DNA from: Chiloscyllium plagiosum
Taxonomy: Eukaryota
Length of the DNA stretch: 37,684 nt
NCBI RefSeq assembly: GCF_004010195.1
Contig: NC_057718.1
Coordinates: 3,634,203-3,671,886, forward strand
Reading direction: 5' to 3'
Position numbers and translations under genes: made by a program. Shown here piece by piece: positions 35,031-37,684 of the stretch. Each line of letters begins with the position of its first letter. Positions within the stretch are counted from its first letter, which is position 1. Below the pieces are notes generated by a model. It searched no databases. It was not told the origin of the DNA and was given only the letters and a program-made list of their open reading frames with translations.

Positions 35031-35434
35031 CACCTCAAAGAAATAAAGAACCCCAAAGATCATTGGAAAGAAACATTGTCCGTATTTGGAACACTTGAGG
35101 TTCTGAGAATTTAATCACAAAAGGGGAGTTATTTCTTTGAGTTCAAATCAAGAGGCCAAGATGTTAAATTTTTACCAGATGGGCCAGTGGTTCAAGAAGA
35201 TATCCAAAAATGGCAACCAATGGGTCACTGCAGTGGTTCAGGAATGCAGCTCATCGCCACCTTCTCAAGGGCAATTAAGAATGGGCAATAAATGCTGGCT
35301 CAGCCAGTGTCATCCACATCTCACAAAACAATTAAATAAATTACTGCACCTGAGCTCAGCTTCCTCTCCACAGTGAATCCATCACCAAGATCACTCTCCA
35401 TCACCTCACTCTCTTCTTGATCTCATTCCACAGA

Positions 35435-36690
35435 GCTGGGTTAAACAGTGACTTGGTCAATGGAGAGGTTGTAATGGGAGGAGTGCAAAAATTCCGATTG
35501 AAGGAATTGAAGAATATTTTGAGGAATGACCAGGCAGGTTCAAGAATATTACTCTCACTGAGGATGGTTCAACATCCAGTGGAGGTGAAATTAGACTGAA
35601 ATGTTCCAGAAGGAACATGTTCCATTGCTTCCTGATGATATTGTGACTAGATCTCAGATTCATAAAGTTAGAACTATGTCAAAAGGAATATGTTAAAAAG
35701 GGAGTTGTTTTGCAATTTCAGTTTTCAAAATCAATGTTTGAAAATGCAAAAAATAAAGACAAAGAGAATGTTCAGAAGATATCTTTAACAAAAACGCAAC
35801 AAGTGGATTCAGAATTGAGAAAGTTTTATAAAACAGCCTCCTCCTCATTGCTCAATCTTTTATGTACAGGAATTGGGATGTCATGTTGAGGTTGTACAGA
35901 ACATTGGTGAATCCTCTTCTGGAGTATTCTGCCCACTTCTGGTCGCAATGTGAAAGAAATGATATCATTAAGCTGGAGAGGGTTCAGAAGAGATTTACCA
36001 GGATGTAAGCGGGTATGGAATGTCTGAATTTTAAAAAAAGACTGGATAGGTTGAGACTTTTCTTCACTGGAGTACGAGATTGAGAGGTAACCTTTTAGAG
36101 CTTTATAAAATTATGAGCAGAACAGATAGGGCCCATGTTAGATGTCTTTTCCCTAGGATGTGGAAAATCAAGACTACAGGGACTATTTTCAGGATGAGAG
36201 GAGAATGTTTGAAAAAGACATGAGGTGCATTTTTTTTACACAGAGGGAAGATCGTGCATGGAATGAATAAAAGTGGTGGACGTGGGTACAGTTTCAAGAT
36301 TTAAAGGCTTTTAGATAAATATATGAATAGGAAAGGTTTGGAGGGATATGGATCAGGACCAGACAGGTGGGATTAGTTGTGTTTGAATTTATGTTTAGTA
36401 TGAGTTGGTTTCCATGCTGTATGAAGCTATGAAATGAAATCAGAAACAATCCCTAGGTGTTATTGCTTGGAAGTGAAAGTATTAATGAGGAAAGAGAGTC
36501 TGCCCCAAAAACCAGGTGATGTGAAATGGACAATGGTCCATCAGGTGGTCCCTCCACCTGAGGAGCAGAATGAAACTTCACAAATTAGTTCATGAAGTCC
36601 AAGTGGCAGATCATTTGTAGATTGGGAACACAAAATCTAAAGTCCTAAAACACTTTTGTTGGTGAGAATTGTATAAAGATGTTTGTATAA
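35435..36690 (+). mobile_element. Second Gmr1-like Gypsy pol remnant (post-protease to integrase zinc-binding region), split by a CR1 3' end (~35865-36435)
   Basis: LNSDLVNGEVVMG, ILRNDQAGS, IVTRSQ; then VLMRK...VHQVV...HE...DHL.IGNTKSKVLKHFCW. Confidence 0.75.
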
Positions 36691-36759
36691 AGATTTTTGA
36701 GTGCAAGCAGCAGCTGAGTTTAAATGAACCTGGAAGGCTACAGCTAAGGTAAAATTACT

Positions 36760-37684
36760 TACCGGTAGCGAGCAGCGGTGTTTTCTTTCTCTTCACGGAA
36801 AGAGTGGGAGCAGCAGGGGGAAGTGACGACGACCAGAGGGCCAGCCAGGAAGGAAAGCAGTGAGTATATAAATCAGGAAGGCGGCTAAACCCGAGTCTCT
36901 ACAACTGTAGTGTCTCCCACCTGCCCTCCTCCTCTAACCCCCTTACTAAGTACTGTTTATCTATTAATTGTTTTTTTTTATAAAAGACTATAGCAGAGAG
37001 GTATCAGGAAGTATTATAACTCAAACCTGTACAAAGTAATAAAGTAATTAACTAAGCAGAGATGGCTAGTCAGGTAGTGTGCTGTAGCTGTATGATGTAG
37101 GAGCTGGCTGATCCCATTGTGAACGGCAGTGACCACATCTGCAGCAAGTGTTGGTTGCTGGAAGAACTCTGGATCAGAGTTGATGATCTAGAATCTGAGC
37201 TTCAAACACTGCGGCACATCCGGGAGGGGGAGAGTTACCTGGACACTTTGTTTCAGGAGGCAGTCACACCTGGGAGATTAAGTAATTCACATCCAGTTAG
37301 TGATCAGGGACATCAGAGTGTGACTGTAAGTGAGGCAGGTAGGGGGATCCTGAGTGCAGGAGCCTCATCCCTTGACCTTGTCCAACAGGTATAAGATTCT
37401 TGCTCCCTGTACAGTTGAGGAAAAGGGCTCTGGACAGGATGAGCCAGCTGACCATGGCACCATGGTGCAGAAGGCCATTCAAGAGGGGCCTTCCCGGTGT
37501 GTTGCCTACCCGGTGCCAGGGTGCGGGACATCTCTGACCGGCTTGAAAGGATATTGGCGCGGGAGGGGGAGGATCCAGTTGTTGTGGTCCACGTTGGGAC
37601 TAACAACATAGGCAAAGCTAGGGTGGAGGACCTGTTTGGGGATTATCGAGCACTAGGAAGGAAATTGAAATACAGGTCCTCAAG
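36760..37684 (+). mobile_element. 5' end of a CR1 LINE (5'UTR + ORF1), runs off the window
   Basis: ATG 37062 MASQVVCCSC...HICSKCWLLEELWIRVDDLESELQTLR; CCLPGARVRDI...VVVHVGTNNI. Confidence 0.9.

Overview
Eukaryotic, repeat-dominated genomic DNA, most likely from a cartilaginous fish: HE1-type V-SINEs, CR1/HER1-type LINEs with esterase ORF1, Deu-domain SINE remnants. There are three assembly gaps (10707-10890, 23164-23177, 24709-25061). Nearly every ORF in the supplied track is a decayed TE fragment or its antisense shadow. The only host coding signal I found is absent from the ORF track: two phase-compatible + strand exons (4907-4950, 5982-6104) encoding a two-tyrosine cytoplasmic tail, ...EGECHYAEVHF...SEYAVIKWDRN*, resembling CD33-related Siglec-type inhibitory receptors. 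Just downstream, a 34-bp minisatellite is split in exact register by a 17.6-kb nested TE pile (CR1 > Gmr1-like Gypsy > CR1 > SINE, plus a solo LTR, Penelope elements and a Tigger-like fragment). Eight minimal hammerhead-ribozyme motifs from three Penelope-like families show covarying stems, and two sit in tiny fold-back elements. All calls are by eye, TE boundaries are approximate, and no database search was run.
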